Shown here: piece after piece, positions 28,899 to 37,268 of the stretch
Layout: the number at the start of each line of letters is the position of its first letter
Position numbering within the stretch: the stretch's first letter is position 1
DNA from: a virus
Reading direction: 5' to 3' (one strand)
Length of the DNA stretch: 64,000 bases
Virus record (IMG/VR): IMGVR_UViG_3300008111_000001
Program-made: the position numbers and the translations under genes
Notes under the pieces: model-generated
Seen by the model: only the letters and a program-made list of their open reading frames with translations
Databases searched by the model: none
Told to the model about the DNA's origin: nothing

Positions 28899-29005
28899 TG
28901 GCTTTGAAAAAATTTATTTATATAAGTGGACCAAGAATGGGTACAAATAATCAAAAATCTAATGGTCCTGTTTTAAAAAATAAAAAGCGTAGAAAGAAAA
29001 AGTAA
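28898..29005 (+). CDS. Basic microprotein, 35 aa (not in ORF track)
   Basis: MALKKFIYISGPRMGTNNQKSNGPVLKNKKRRKKK; TAATG overlaps at both ends. Confidence 0.55.
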   Translation: MALKKFIYISGPRMGTNNQKSNGPVLKNKKRRKKK

Positions 29006-29316
29006 TGGCAGCTAAAAAGGATCCACGCTTAGCAAGAGCTGGGGTAAGCGGTTTTAATAAACCAAAAAGAACACCTAGTCATCCAACTAAGTCTCACATT
29101 GTTGTAGCTAAATCTGGTGGCAAAGTTAAGACAATTCGCTTTGGTCAGCAGGGCGTAAAGACTAATCAAACCGTTGGTCAGAGGAAGGCTTTTGCCTCAC
29201 GCCACGCTAAGAATATATCTAAAGGACCTATGTCTGCAGCATACTGGGCCAATAAAGTTAAATGGAGTCCCAGTAAAACTCAGTCTCCCTCCAAAAAATG
29301 GGTTAAAGGATCTTGA
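29005..29316 (+). CDS. Basic small protein
   Basis: GVSGFNKPKRTPSHPTKSHIVVAK...KTIRFGQQG...SAAYWANKVKW, a sequence type I recognise from environmental phages. Confidence 0.75.
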   Translation: MAAKKDPRLARAGVSGFNKPKRTPSHPTKSHIVVAKSGGKVKTIRFGQQGVKTNQTVGQRKAFASRHAKNISKGPMSAAYWANKVKWSPSKTQSPSKKWVKGS

Positions 29317-29317
29317 G

Positions 29318-29581
29318 ATGGAAGCTGTCATTGTTGCAATAATAACCGCTATTGGTGGGATACTGATGGCCCTGGTTCAAAAGGGTCGCAAAGAAAACAA
29401 AAATGATCACAATGTTGTTGCGACAATGTTAATAGATGTCAAAGATGAAATAATTAATCTACATCACAAAATAGATCATGTAGACGAGCAGGTTGACAAA
29501 GTGGATGATCAAATGCATGATCACATGATGTGGCACTATCGTAAGTCAAGTGAAAACAAGAAGAAAAAAGAGGAGGTGTAA
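29318..29581 (+). CDS. Single-TM protein with coiled coil (holin/membrane accessory-like)
   Basis: MEAVIVAIITAIGGILMALVQ followed by heptad repeats; ATG 29318 follows the previous stop. Confidence 0.65.
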   Translation: MEAVIVAIITAIGGILMALVQKGRKENKNDHNVVATMLIDVKDEIINLHHKIDHVDEQVDKVDDQMHDHMMWHYRKSSENKKKKEEV

Positions 29582-29583
29582 TT

Positions 29584-29724
29584 ATGGCTGGTCACGTAGG
29601 AAACAAGAAGATGGGCGGTTCCAAGAAGATGGGCGGTTCCAAGAAAATGGGCGGTTCCAAGAAAATGGGCGGTTCCAAGAAGATGGGCGGTTCCAAGAAA
29701 ATGGGTGGCAAGAAGATGTACTGA
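29584..29724 (+). CDS. 46-aa (KKMGGS)n repeat microprotein (not in ORF track)
   Basis: MAGHVGN(KKMGGS)x5 KKMGG KKMY; GAGGAGG upstream; variation within the repeat is synonymous (AAG/AAA, GGC/GGT). Confidence 0.65.
   Translation: MAGHVGNKKMGGSKKMGGSKKMGGSKKMGGSKKMGGSKKMGGKKMY
29605..29718 (+). repeat. 18-bp tandem repeat, about 6 copies
   Basis: AAGAARATGGGCGGTTCC repeated head-to-tail without spacers. Confidence 0.95.
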
Positions 29725-29763
29725 AATTGATTTTCAGTCTTAGTTAAGATTAGAGGAATAGTT

Positions 29764-29895
29764 ATGGCTATGAAGAAGAAGGCAGCTGTCCCCAAAAAGG
29801 TGGCTTCAAAAAAAACAGCTGGTCTTACTCCAGCTCAAAAAAAACTTCCACCTTTTATACAAAAAGCTATCATGAATAAAAAGAAGAAGAAGTAA
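29764..29895 (+). CDS. Basic microprotein, 43 aa (not in ORF track)
   Basis: MAMKKKAAVPKKVASKKTAGLTPAQKKLPPFIQKAIMNKKKKK; GAGG SD. Confidence 0.6.
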   Translation: MAMKKKAAVPKKVASKKTAGLTPAQKKLPPFIQKAIMNKKKKK

Positions 29896-29906
29896 TCTTC
29901 CTACTT

Positions 29907-29945
29907 AAGAGGGCTATGGCTGTAGTGTCATAGCCCTCTTTTTTA
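29907..29945 (+). terminator. Intrinsic terminator
   Basis: AAGAGGGCTATG...CATAGCCCTCTT stem followed by a T-run. Confidence 0.75.
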
Positions 29946-29995
29946 TTTTCTTAGATTACTATATCCTCTGCGGACAACTAGAAGACGAGGGAGAT

Positions 29996-31348
29996 ATGTC
30001 TAGAATTAAAAATATTTTATCAGCATTATTTATTGTTATAGGTGTAGGGTTATTTATTAATCCAGCAGGTCAAGCTCCAGTAGCTTTAGCCACCAGTGGT
30101 GGTGGTGGACCAATCGTTCTAGATGGAATGGACCCAGTATGCCATTCGGGGTGGGAAAGCACTGGACAATACATCGCAAAGGTTCTGAAGAAAGTGCATG
30201 ACGGCTCCAGAAACCTAAGCAACGGACACATTGCTATCATTGGCTCAAATGCCACTACAACTTCTTGTGGCTCCAACTGGTCCAGTCAGTTAAGCACACA
30301 ATTTCTAGCAGAGTTTCCTACTGCTCCACAGATAGATTTCTATATTACAGATTCAGAAATTAATACTTTCTTTAGCACTACAGTTACTTCTAATCCTCCA
30401 GCCGTATTATGGATACCAGATAACTGGAATCGCACATCCGGCACTGAAGCAATATTTACATCGAATGCAGAGAAAATAGCTGACTTTGTTAATGGTGGTG
30501 GCGGTCTTTTTGCCAATGCCGGTTCCTATGGGTGGTTGACAGCATTACTTCCCAACGCCGTTTATAATAATGGAGGATGCAATGGTGGACCAGAAGCTAC
30601 GACTGATGGGACAAATGATTTTGGATTAAGCAATACATTAGTTGCAGCTTGTTGGCATGGATATTTTACCGGTAATGTCGGCACACTAAAGACTCTTGTT
30701 GACTATCCATATAATCCAAATGATTCATCTGATATGACAGCATCGCGCAAAGCAGTATCCATTGGTGGCGGAAGCGTATCCCTACCAAGTTCATTCGTAC
30801 TATCATATAGTCCTGCAACCCCTCGTGCAGGTGAGCCAATTACTATTACAGCAACAGCTCAAACTTTAGCAGGTGTGCCACAAGCTGGTGTCACAGTGTC
30901 TATGACAGTTTCTTCTGGTCCAGATTCTGGACAGACTTTTACTGCAACAACCGATGCAAGCGGGGTGGCTAATATTACTGTTAACACGGCATCACAGGGC
31001 ACGGCTGTATATACAGCTAGCGCAACGGTTAATGGTGTTGTAAAAGTAGTTTCAATAACAGTTTTGTGGGATCCTCCAGCCCCAACAACGGTCCCAGTCA
31101 CAGAAGCTCCAACAACTGTGCCAGAAACAACTACGAGCACAGAAGCTCCTGTATTGGTTGAGCCAACCACAACAGTACACGACCATAGTAGTCACGATCA
31201 TGGAGTGGACACCACAGTGCAGGCACAGCTTCCTTTAACCGGCAGAGATACTAAGTCATCTATGGGTATCGGCGCTTTTCTGATTACTATAGGCATATCA
31301 ATGTTTATTTTAAATCGAAAGGTTTTAAGAAATGGCAAAACCAGCTGA
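29996..31348 (+). CDS. Secreted surface protein with an Ig-like (Big_1) domain and LPxTG sorting signal
   Basis: N-terminal signal peptide; GEPITITATA...PQAGVTV...TTDASGVA (Big_1-like); Thr/Pro linker; LPLTG + hydrophobic helix + RKVLR basic tail. Confidence 0.78.
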   Translation: MSRIKNILSALFIVIGVGLFINPAGQAPVALATSGGGGPIVLDGMDPVCHSGWESTGQYIAKVLKKVHDGSRNLSNGHIAIIGSNATTTSCGSNWSSQLSTQFLAEFPTAPQIDFYITDSEINTFFSTTVTSNPPAVLWIPDNWNRTSGTEAIFTSNAEKIADFVNGGGGLFANAGSYGWLTALLPNAVYNNGGCNGGPEATTDGTNDFGLSNTLVAACWHGYFTGNVGTLKTLVDYPYNPNDSSDMTASRKAVSIGGGSVSLPSSFVLSYSPATPRAGEPITITATAQTLAGVPQAGVTVSMTVSSGPDSGQTFTATTDASGVANITVNTASQGTAVYTASATVNGVVKVVSITVLWDPPAPTTVPVTEAPTTVPETTTSTEAPVLVEPTTTVHDHSSHDHGVDTTVQAQLPLTGRDTKSSMGIGAFLITIGISMFILNRKVLRNGKTS

Positions 31349-31535
31349 TAAAAAATGGATCCAAAAGGCAATCAAAAGACCTGGCGCCTTTACCGCTAAA
31401 GCTAAAAAGCGAAAAATGACAGTAGCCGGTTTCGCAGCTGCCGTAAAAAAGAATCCACAAAAATATGATACAAGAACAGTACGTCAAGCTAATTTGGCTA
31501 CAACGTTAAGAAAAATTTCTAAAAAGAAGAAGTGA
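31332..31535 (+). CDS. Basic small protein
   Basis: KKWIQKAIKRPGAFTAKAKK...RQANLATTLRKISKKKK. Confidence 0.7.
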   Translation: MAKPADKKWIQKAIKRPGAFTAKAKKRKMTVAGFAAAVKKNPQKYDTRTVRQANLATTLRKISKKKK

Positions 31536-31548
31536 ATAGGAGATTATT

Positions 31549-32364
31549 GTGATATACCCTTATATTAAACTCGTTGTTCCTACAGCATTAAAGGCCCATA
31601 AAAATGGACAACTTCCAGCTAATTTGTTGGCTAAGGTAAAAACTGGTGGACAGATGTATGCCCCGGTGGCTGCACAGTTTGACAAGATGTACGACGCAGC
31701 ACTTGCTGCCGGATACAAGCTGGTCAATGTTGGCGATTACCGTTCTTTTGAGGGCCAGCTATCCATGTTTATGGATCGCTATACTACAACTGATCAGGGT
31801 CGCAAGCCTCAGGTGACACGTCAATATGAGGGTAAGACTTGGTACCTTAAGCCAGGTAAGGCCCCTTCAGCTGCTCCTGATCCCACTGGACTTAAGGGAT
31901 CTAACCACGGTTGGGGTATCGCAATTGATCTCGGCTATAAAGACGCAGCTGGCAAAACTGCAAGCATGGGCGGTGCATGTTTTGAATGGATGTGCGCTAA
32001 CGCTCCAAAGTGGGGATTCTATCTCCAGACAAGCGACAAGAACTCTAAAGAGTTCGAAGCTTGGCACTGGCAATACTGCCTAGGTGATGCAGCTCCTGAC
32101 GGATCTGCTGCCGCTCCTGTTGAGGCTATTAAGCCATCTGGCGGTGCCGTTGAAGCTGGGCCTATGGAGTTTAAGTATCCCGGCCAACCAGTTAAGCTTG
32201 GTTCCAAAGGCGCTTCGGCTATGTTGGTTCAAGCAATTATTGGCGCAAAAGCTGATGGTGATTTTGGTCCAAAGTCAGTTGAGGCCCTTAAAAAGTGGCA
32301 AGCAGCAAATGGTCTTAAGGCTGATGGTGTTGTTGGTCCAATAACATGGGATAAAATGTTCTGA
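31549..32364 (+). CDS. Endolysin: M15/VanY-like peptidase + peptidoglycan-binding domain
   Basis: YRS...Q, SNHGWGIAIDL, EAWHWQY zinc-peptidase motifs; C-terminal ADGDFGPKSVEALKKWQAANGLKADGVVGPITW (PG_binding_1). Confidence 0.88.
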   Translation: MIYPYIKLVVPTALKAHKNGQLPANLLAKVKTGGQMYAPVAAQFDKMYDAALAAGYKLVNVGDYRSFEGQLSMFMDRYTTTDQGRKPQVTRQYEGKTWYLKPGKAPSAAPDPTGLKGSNHGWGIAIDLGYKDAAGKTASMGGACFEWMCANAPKWGFYLQTSDKNSKEFEAWHWQYCLGDAAPDGSAAAPVEAIKPSGGAVEAGPMEFKYPGQPVKLGSKGASAMLVQAIIGAKADGDFGPKSVEALKKWQAANGLKADGVVGPITWDKMF

Positions 32365-32555
32365 TGAAAAAAATAATACTTACTTTAACTGCAATTATTG
32401 GAGCCTTTTGCATGGGTCTTTTGAGTGGTTGCAGTGACTCATATCGATACCCTTGTCAGGATCCAGTAAATTGGGAGACTGCGGATTGTAAACCACCTAT
32501 TTGTAATGCCTCTGGAACGTGTCCAGAAGATATTTATGGGAGTATACCAGGATGA
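32364..32555 (+). CDS. Small Cys-rich lipoprotein
   Basis: Signal peptide with lipobox LSG-C; RYPCQDP..W...CKPPIC...GTC. Confidence 0.7.
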   Translation: MKKIILTLTAIIGAFCMGLLSGCSDSYRYPCQDPVNWETADCKPPICNASGTCPEDIYGSIPG

Positions 32556-32857
32556 ATAATGTAAAAAAAAGATATACGAATAGTGAAATAAAAGCTAGAA
32601 TGGTTTTCTTTGTAGGAGCAACTTTAGCGTTCACCTTTGCTGTCATAGTTATTGGCGTTATGTACGCACTCGTGTTTGTTACCCAGCCAATTGATCAGCA
32701 GTCACCAAATGATAAAGCATTTATCGACTCACTGCTTGTTCCGATTGTATTATTCCTCTCAGGATGCCTGTCGGGTGTTCTGGCAGCGAATGGCTTAAAG
32801 GATAAAGAGAAGCCAACTGGTAATAGCTATGGAGTATATGATCAGGACCAAGACTGA
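32552..32857 (+). CDS. Two-TM membrane protein (lysis accessory/holin-like)
   Basis: Two long hydrophobic helices; ATGA overlap with the lipoprotein gene. Confidence 0.7.
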   Translation: MNNVKKRYTNSEIKARMVFFVGATLAFTFAVIVIGVMYALVFVTQPIDQQSPNDKAFIDSLLVPIVLFLSGCLSGVLAANGLKDKEKPTGNSYGVYDQDQD

Positions 32858-33033
32858 TGGCCGCAAAGAGAAACGTTCCAAAAAATCCAAAACTATGGAG
32901 TCAAGCTAAATCATTAGCTAAGTCTAAGTTTGATGTTTACCCTAGCGCATATGCTAATGCATGGGCTGCAAAAAAATATAAATCAATGGGTGGAACTTGG
33001 GGAACTACTTCGGCACCACGTAAAAAGAAGTGA
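32857..33033 (+). CDS. Basic microprotein, 58 aa (DUF5872-like; not in ORF track)
   Basis: MAAKRNVPKNPKLWSQAKSLAKSKFDVYPSAYANAWAAKKYKSMGGTW...RKKK; TGATG overlap. Confidence 0.65.
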   Translation: MAAKRNVPKNPKLWSQAKSLAKSKFDVYPSAYANAWAAKKYKSMGGTWGTTSAPRKKK

Positions 33034-33039
33034 TATAAT

Positions 33040-33318
33040 ATGGCCGGACCCAAAGGCGTTGGCTTAACTAAATGGTTTAATCAGAAATGGGTAAACATTG
33101 GTGCGCCAAAAAAGAATGGCAAATGGCAACCATGCGGGACATCAGGTAAAGGTGGCGGGTACGCTAAATGCGTGCCAGTTGCCAAAGCTAACTCCATGTC
33201 TTCTTCACAAAGAAGAAGTGCGGTTCAAAGAAAAAGATCTCAAGGTACTCCATCGAAAGGTGTTAAAGGGCAATCTCCAAAGAATGTTGCTACCTTTAAA
33301 AAGAAAAAGAAAAAGTAA
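33040..33318 (+). CDS. Basic small protein
   Basis: GLTKWFNQKWVNIG...PCG...YAKCVP...KKKKKK. Confidence 0.7.
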   Translation: MAGPKGVGLTKWFNQKWVNIGAPKKNGKWQPCGTSGKGGGYAKCVPVAKANSMSSSQRRSAVQRKRSQGTPSKGVKGQSPKNVATFKKKKKK

Positions 33319-33524
33319 TGGATGAAATTTTTTCTGGCTTTATGCCGGCAATAAAAAATATTGAGATCACAGCTCAGACACCAATGATAACTGGAGATGG
33401 ATCATTAATTAATGGCCATATAGTTAAAATAACTCTTGGTGACGATAATGAGATAATACTTTCTGTAATGGAAGATCAGCTTCAAAAATTATTTTTTTTG
33501 ATATTAAAAGTATTAAATACATAA
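33318..33524 (+). CDS. Hypothetical protein
   Basis: 68 aa with a TAATG overlap. Confidence 0.55.
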   Translation: MDEIFSGFMPAIKNIEITAQTPMITGDGSLINGHIVKITLGDDNEIILSVMEDQLQKLFFLILKVLNT

Positions 33525-33534
33525 TTACCTATAT

Positions 33535-33587
33535 AATGGTGGTGTGATGTGACATTGTGAGCATCGCACCACCATTTGTGTTATAAT
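33535..33587 (+). promoter_or_regulatory. 15-bp-stem hairpin followed by an extended -10 (TGTTATAAT, 33579-33587)
   Basis: AATGGTGGTGTGATG-N12-CATCGCACCACCATT (one G-U pair); TATAAT boxes at 33532 and 33582. Confidence 0.5.
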
Positions 33588-33644
33588 GTATGACTATTAT
33601 GTAGCGTCAAACTGATTCTACCCAATTGAAAAGACGGTGCTAGA

Positions 33645-34403
33645 ATGGCTAAAATTTTATACTATGATATAGAGACAGCTCCCAACCTAAGTTATGTTTG
33701 GGGTCATTATGAGCAGAATGTTATTGAACACGAACGTGAATGGTACATGTTGTGTGTTTCATATAGATGGGAGCACGAAAAGTCTACCCATGTTTGCTCT
33801 CTTATAGATTTTCCTGAAGAGTACAAAAAGAATCCGGAAAATGATTTTCATGTAGTTAAGAAGCTTTGGGATTTACTGAATGAAGCTGACATAGCTATTG
33901 CGCATAACGGCGATAAGTTCGATATGCGTAAAGCTAATGCAAGATTTATTTCCCATAACATGGGTCCAACTTCACCAGTTAGACAAGTTGATACATTAAA
34001 GGTTGCTAGAAAATATTTCATGTTTAACAGCAATAGACTAGATCATCTTGGTCAGCATTTGGGAGTTGGCAGAAAAGTTGATACTGGTGGCTTTGAAACT
34101 TGGGCTGGTTGTATGCGTGGCGACCTAAAGTGTTGGAAGTTAATGACAAAGTACGCTAAGCAGGACGTAGACCTATTGAGAAACGTCTATATGAAATTGC
34201 GCCCATGGATGAATAATCACCCGAATCTAAACGTATATGAAGGTGAGTGTAATTGCCCAACATGTGGATCCGATGATTTGCAGAAGAGAGGCCAAAGATA
34301 TACTCAGACAGGCGCATACCAGCAGTGGTATTGTAATTCTTGTGGAGCTTGGAGTAGAACTCGTTTAATGGAAGATGTAGAGCGCCCAGGGCTTGTTCCC
34401 TAA
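33645..34403 (+). CDS. DnaQ/RNase H-like 3'-5' exonuclease with a C-terminal zinc ribbon
   Basis: YYDIET (ExoI), AHNGDKFD (ExoII), YAKQDV (ExoIII); CPTCGS...CNSCG. Confidence 0.85.
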   Translation: MAKILYYDIETAPNLSYVWGHYEQNVIEHEREWYMLCVSYRWEHEKSTHVCSLIDFPEEYKKNPENDFHVVKKLWDLLNEADIAIAHNGDKFDMRKANARFISHNMGPTSPVRQVDTLKVARKYFMFNSNRLDHLGQHLGVGRKVDTGGFETWAGCMRGDLKCWKLMTKYAKQDVDLLRNVYMKLRPWMNNHPNLNVYEGECNCPTCGSDDLQKRGQRYTQTGAYQQWYCNSCGAWSRTRLMEDVERPGLVP

Positions 34404-34410
34404 TAGGACT

Positions 34411-34501
34411 GGAGAGGTGCCAGAGTTCGGTTGAATGGAACATCCTGCTAAGATGTCGACGTTTGAAAGAATGTCCGTGGGTTCAAATCCCACCCTCTCC
34501 G
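34411..34501 (+). tRNA. trnS: tRNA-Ser (GCT)
   Basis: Acceptor GGAGAGG/CCTCTCC, anticodon arm ACATC-CTGCTAA-GATGT, long variable arm, T-loop GGTTCAAATCC, discriminator G; no encoded CCA. Confidence 0.9.
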
Positions 34502-34520
34502 CAAAATAAAGGATAATATT

Positions 34521-35186
34521 ATGCAAAGAAATATATATTGTTTTTGGGTTGGACATAATAATACTTTAATGAATCAAAATAGAATTAATGGAATAAAGTC
34601 ATTAATTAATAATTCTGGCGTTAATGTTATTCTTGTCAATAACGATAACCTTATTGAATACATACTTCCTGATCATCCACTTCATGAAGGATTTCAGTAT
34701 TTGTCAGACGTACATAAAGCTGACTATCTAAGAACATACTTTATGCATCATTACGGCGGTGGCTATAGTGATGTGAAGCCATGTTCATGGAATTGGAATA
34801 AATATTTCAATGAATTAGAAAATAGTGACGCTTTTGGAATTGGCGCCCCTGAAGATGAGGGTGAATTGAGCGTTACACCAAAACAAAGACCATGGTTAGG
34901 TCAGCATTGGGATAAGTTAATGACAAATGATTTATATATCTTCAAACCAAACACTCAATTTACGAATGAATGGTATAACAATCTTTTGGAAATAATGGAT
35001 CAAAAATTAGAAAGACTTAGAGCATATCCTGCAACGTCTCCGAGAGAAGCCGCAGATACAGTTGTTACAAGATACCCAATTGAATGGGGAGAGATTCTAT
35101 TGGAAATATTTCATCCATTGTGTTATAAGTATACTGATCGTTTGATTAAAACAATGCCTTATCCAGTCACAGTAAACTATAGGTAA
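34521..35186 (+). CDS. DXD glycosyltransferase (capsular-polysaccharide-synthesis / GT32-like)
   Basis: IYCFWVG, HKADYLRTYFMHHYGGGYSD. Confidence 0.78.
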   Translation: MQRNIYCFWVGHNNTLMNQNRINGIKSLINNSGVNVILVNNDNLIEYILPDHPLHEGFQYLSDVHKADYLRTYFMHHYGGGYSDVKPCSWNWNKYFNELENSDAFGIGAPEDEGELSVTPKQRPWLGQHWDKLMTNDLYIFKPNTQFTNEWYNNLLEIMDQKLERLRAYPATSPREAADTVVTRYPIEWGEILLEIFHPLCYKYTDRLIKTMPYPVTVNYR

Positions 35187-35191
35187 ATATT

Positions 35192-35767
35192 ATGAGAATC
35201 GAAAGTATCCCAAAAGGCGATGGAATCAAAGTAGTCATAGGAACTAGAACTTATATAGGTCCAGATTGGATACATGTAGATATAGATCCATTTTATTTAC
35301 ATGCAACAGATGGTAAATGTTATGACGTTGACATTGTTGCCGATGCTAGAGACATTCCACTACCTGACAATCATGCAGATATAGTTTTTAGTTCTGAATG
35401 TTTAGAACATTTTTCTTGGAAAGAATATCAAAGCGCTCTTAAGGAATGGTGTAGAATACTTAAGCCAGGTGGTCTCATCAGAATTGAAGTTCCAGATTTT
35501 CTTAATGCCTGTAGGCAGTTATTGAATTTGAATTCTCTTGAGGGTGATAGAGCAATGCAACAAATATTTTTTGCTGGACAAACAAATCAGTACGACTTTC
35601 ATTATGTGGGATTAACTAGTAGAATGTTAATTGATGATTTTAAGAATTTAGGACTTGAAGTTATTAATGTAGTTGAAGCAGATGAGTTTGGCCTACTAAA
35701 AGTAGATGCAGAAAAATCTGTAATTGATCAAGATTATTTATTAAAAATAGATGCAAGAAAGTTATGA
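35192..35767 (+). CDS. Class I SAM-dependent methyltransferase (Methyltransf_11-like)
   Basis: WIHVDID...VADARDIPLPDN..DIVFSSECLEHF...EWCRILKPGG..RIEVPD. Confidence 0.82.
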   Translation: MRIESIPKGDGIKVVIGTRTYIGPDWIHVDIDPFYLHATDGKCYDVDIVADARDIPLPDNHADIVFSSECLEHFSWKEYQSALKEWCRILKPGGLIRIEVPDFLNACRQLLNLNSLEGDRAMQQIFFAGQTNQYDFHYVGLTSRMLIDDFKNLGLEVINVVEADEFGLLKVDAEKSVIDQDYLLKIDARKL

Positions 35768-36470
35768 TATGGTAGACGATTGGTTTGGGAATACAGTTAT
35801 TTGTACAGCCGTAACTGGTGGGTACGACTATGCATTTAGGCAGCCTCCTTTGCTAGGAGTTGATTATATATTCTTTACAGATGGAAATTCCCCTAACGAA
35901 ATTCCAAGTCCATGGAAGATAGAATTTTTACCTGAATGTGATAGTCACCTGGACAATAGACGTAGAGCAAAGAGACCTAAGTTAAATCCGCACTCTATTC
36001 CGATTCTAAATAATTATAAATATATGATTTGGATAGATGGAGAAATGCAAATCATTAATCCAAATTTTGTAGATGAAATAATGCAGTTTATGAATAATGG
36101 ATTTGTTGCATCATTACACCCCGATGCTGCTGTTGAAAATGGAAGATACTGTGCTTATGGCGAAGCTACAATTAGGCCTCCCAAGTATGCAAGTGAACCT
36201 CTTGATGCTCAGTGTGATTTTTATAGATCAGAAGGTTTTCCTGAAAATTACGGACTGTACGCTTGTGGTCTCTCTGCAAGAGATATGACTAATGAAAAGG
36301 TTAGACAAATTGGTGAGTTGTGGCATGAGCAAAATCTCACATGGTCTTATCAAGATCAAGTAAGTTTCCCATATTGTTTATGGAAATATGATTTCAAGCC
36401 AGACATTCTTCCAAAGACTTTATACCACATGGAATGGTTATCTTTAAATTTACACAAGAAAGAAGATTGA
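35751..36470 (+). CDS. DUF616/TOD1-like glycosyltransferase
   Basis: TAVTGGYD, FFTD, RRAKRPK, WIDG, QDQVSFPYCLW. Confidence 0.72.
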   Translation: MQESYDMVDDWFGNTVICTAVTGGYDYAFRQPPLLGVDYIFFTDGNSPNEIPSPWKIEFLPECDSHLDNRRRAKRPKLNPHSIPILNNYKYMIWIDGEMQIINPNFVDEIMQFMNNGFVASLHPDAAVENGRYCAYGEATIRPPKYASEPLDAQCDFYRSEGFPENYGLYACGLSARDMTNEKVRQIGELWHEQNLTWSYQDQVSFPYCLWKYDFKPDILPKTLYHMEWLSLNLHKKED

Positions 36471-36471
36471 T

Positions 36472-37014
36472 ATGAGTACATTAAAATTTAATCTAGGCGG
36501 TATTGGATGCAATACAGATTACAAAACAGTAAACCTAGCAGAAGTATGTGATATCAAAGCTAATATTATGGATTTGGATTCATTCTGTCAAGATAATACT
36601 GTAGATGAATTTTTTCTCTCCCATACGTTAGAGCATATTCCCGTAACAGATTATAAAAAATTTGTACTTCATATGCACAGAAAGCTTAAAGTTGGTGGAA
36701 CAATTAGAGTAGTCCAAACAGACATTGGAAGACTAATCCAAATGTGGGTTAACGGTGAAATTTCCTTTAGAGCTATGAGAGCACTAATATTTACACCGGC
36801 AAGTAGATGTGACTCTAACATTCTTCAGCAGCACCAGAGTATGTGGTCCCAGCAAGAGTTAATAAAGGATTTTGAAGCTTTTGGAATGACAGCTGAAGGT
36901 TTTGATGCAGGAGTCTGGCTATACGATATTGATGACGACATTCTTCCTGAAGAAACAAAAAATGACTTTGGAAAACGTATGCCAAACCTTGGTGTACTTG
37001 CTACCAAAATATAA
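36472..37014 (+). CDS. SAM-dependent methyltransferase-like protein (paralog of 35192)
   Basis: KFNLGG...VDEFFLSHTLEHI...LKVGG.IRVVQTD...H.SMW. Confidence 0.68.
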   Translation: MSTLKFNLGGIGCNTDYKTVNLAEVCDIKANIMDLDSFCQDNTVDEFFLSHTLEHIPVTDYKKFVLHMHRKLKVGGTIRVVQTDIGRLIQMWVNGEISFRAMRALIFTPASRCDSNILQQHQSMWSQQELIKDFEAFGMTAEGFDAGVWLYDIDDDILPEETKNDFGKRMPNLGVLATKI

Positions 37015-37057
37015 TTACTATACTCCTAGATGTATTAAAAATATGTAAGGAGTTAAA

Positions 37058-37261
37058 ATGGCCGGTAAAAAGCCCGCAAAGAAAAATGTTTCGAATTCAC
37101 CTGTAGCTACTCTTAAAGTAGAACAACCAGGTAAGCCAATCCTATATGTAGGATTAAAGGGTAGATCCTTTACCTGCCCCACATGCAGTAGAGAACTCCA
37201 ACGTGGTATGGTTTATGAGCATAATAATGAAAGATTCTGCTCTAGAAAGTGTATAGGTTGA
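37058..37261 (+). CDS. Small basic zinc-finger (TRASH-like) protein
   Basis: CPTC...FCSRKC; AAGGAG SD; TTACTAT at 37015. Confidence 0.65.
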   Translation: MAGKKPAKKNVSNSPVATLKVEQPGKPILYVGLKGRSFTCPTCSRELQRGMVYEHNNERFCSRKCIG

Positions 37262-37268
37262 CGTAAAA

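Noticed and set aside
29605-29718. Possible mini-CRISPR array
   Set aside because: The 18-bp units are contiguous with no spacers and are too short; the array reads as an in-frame peptide repeat.
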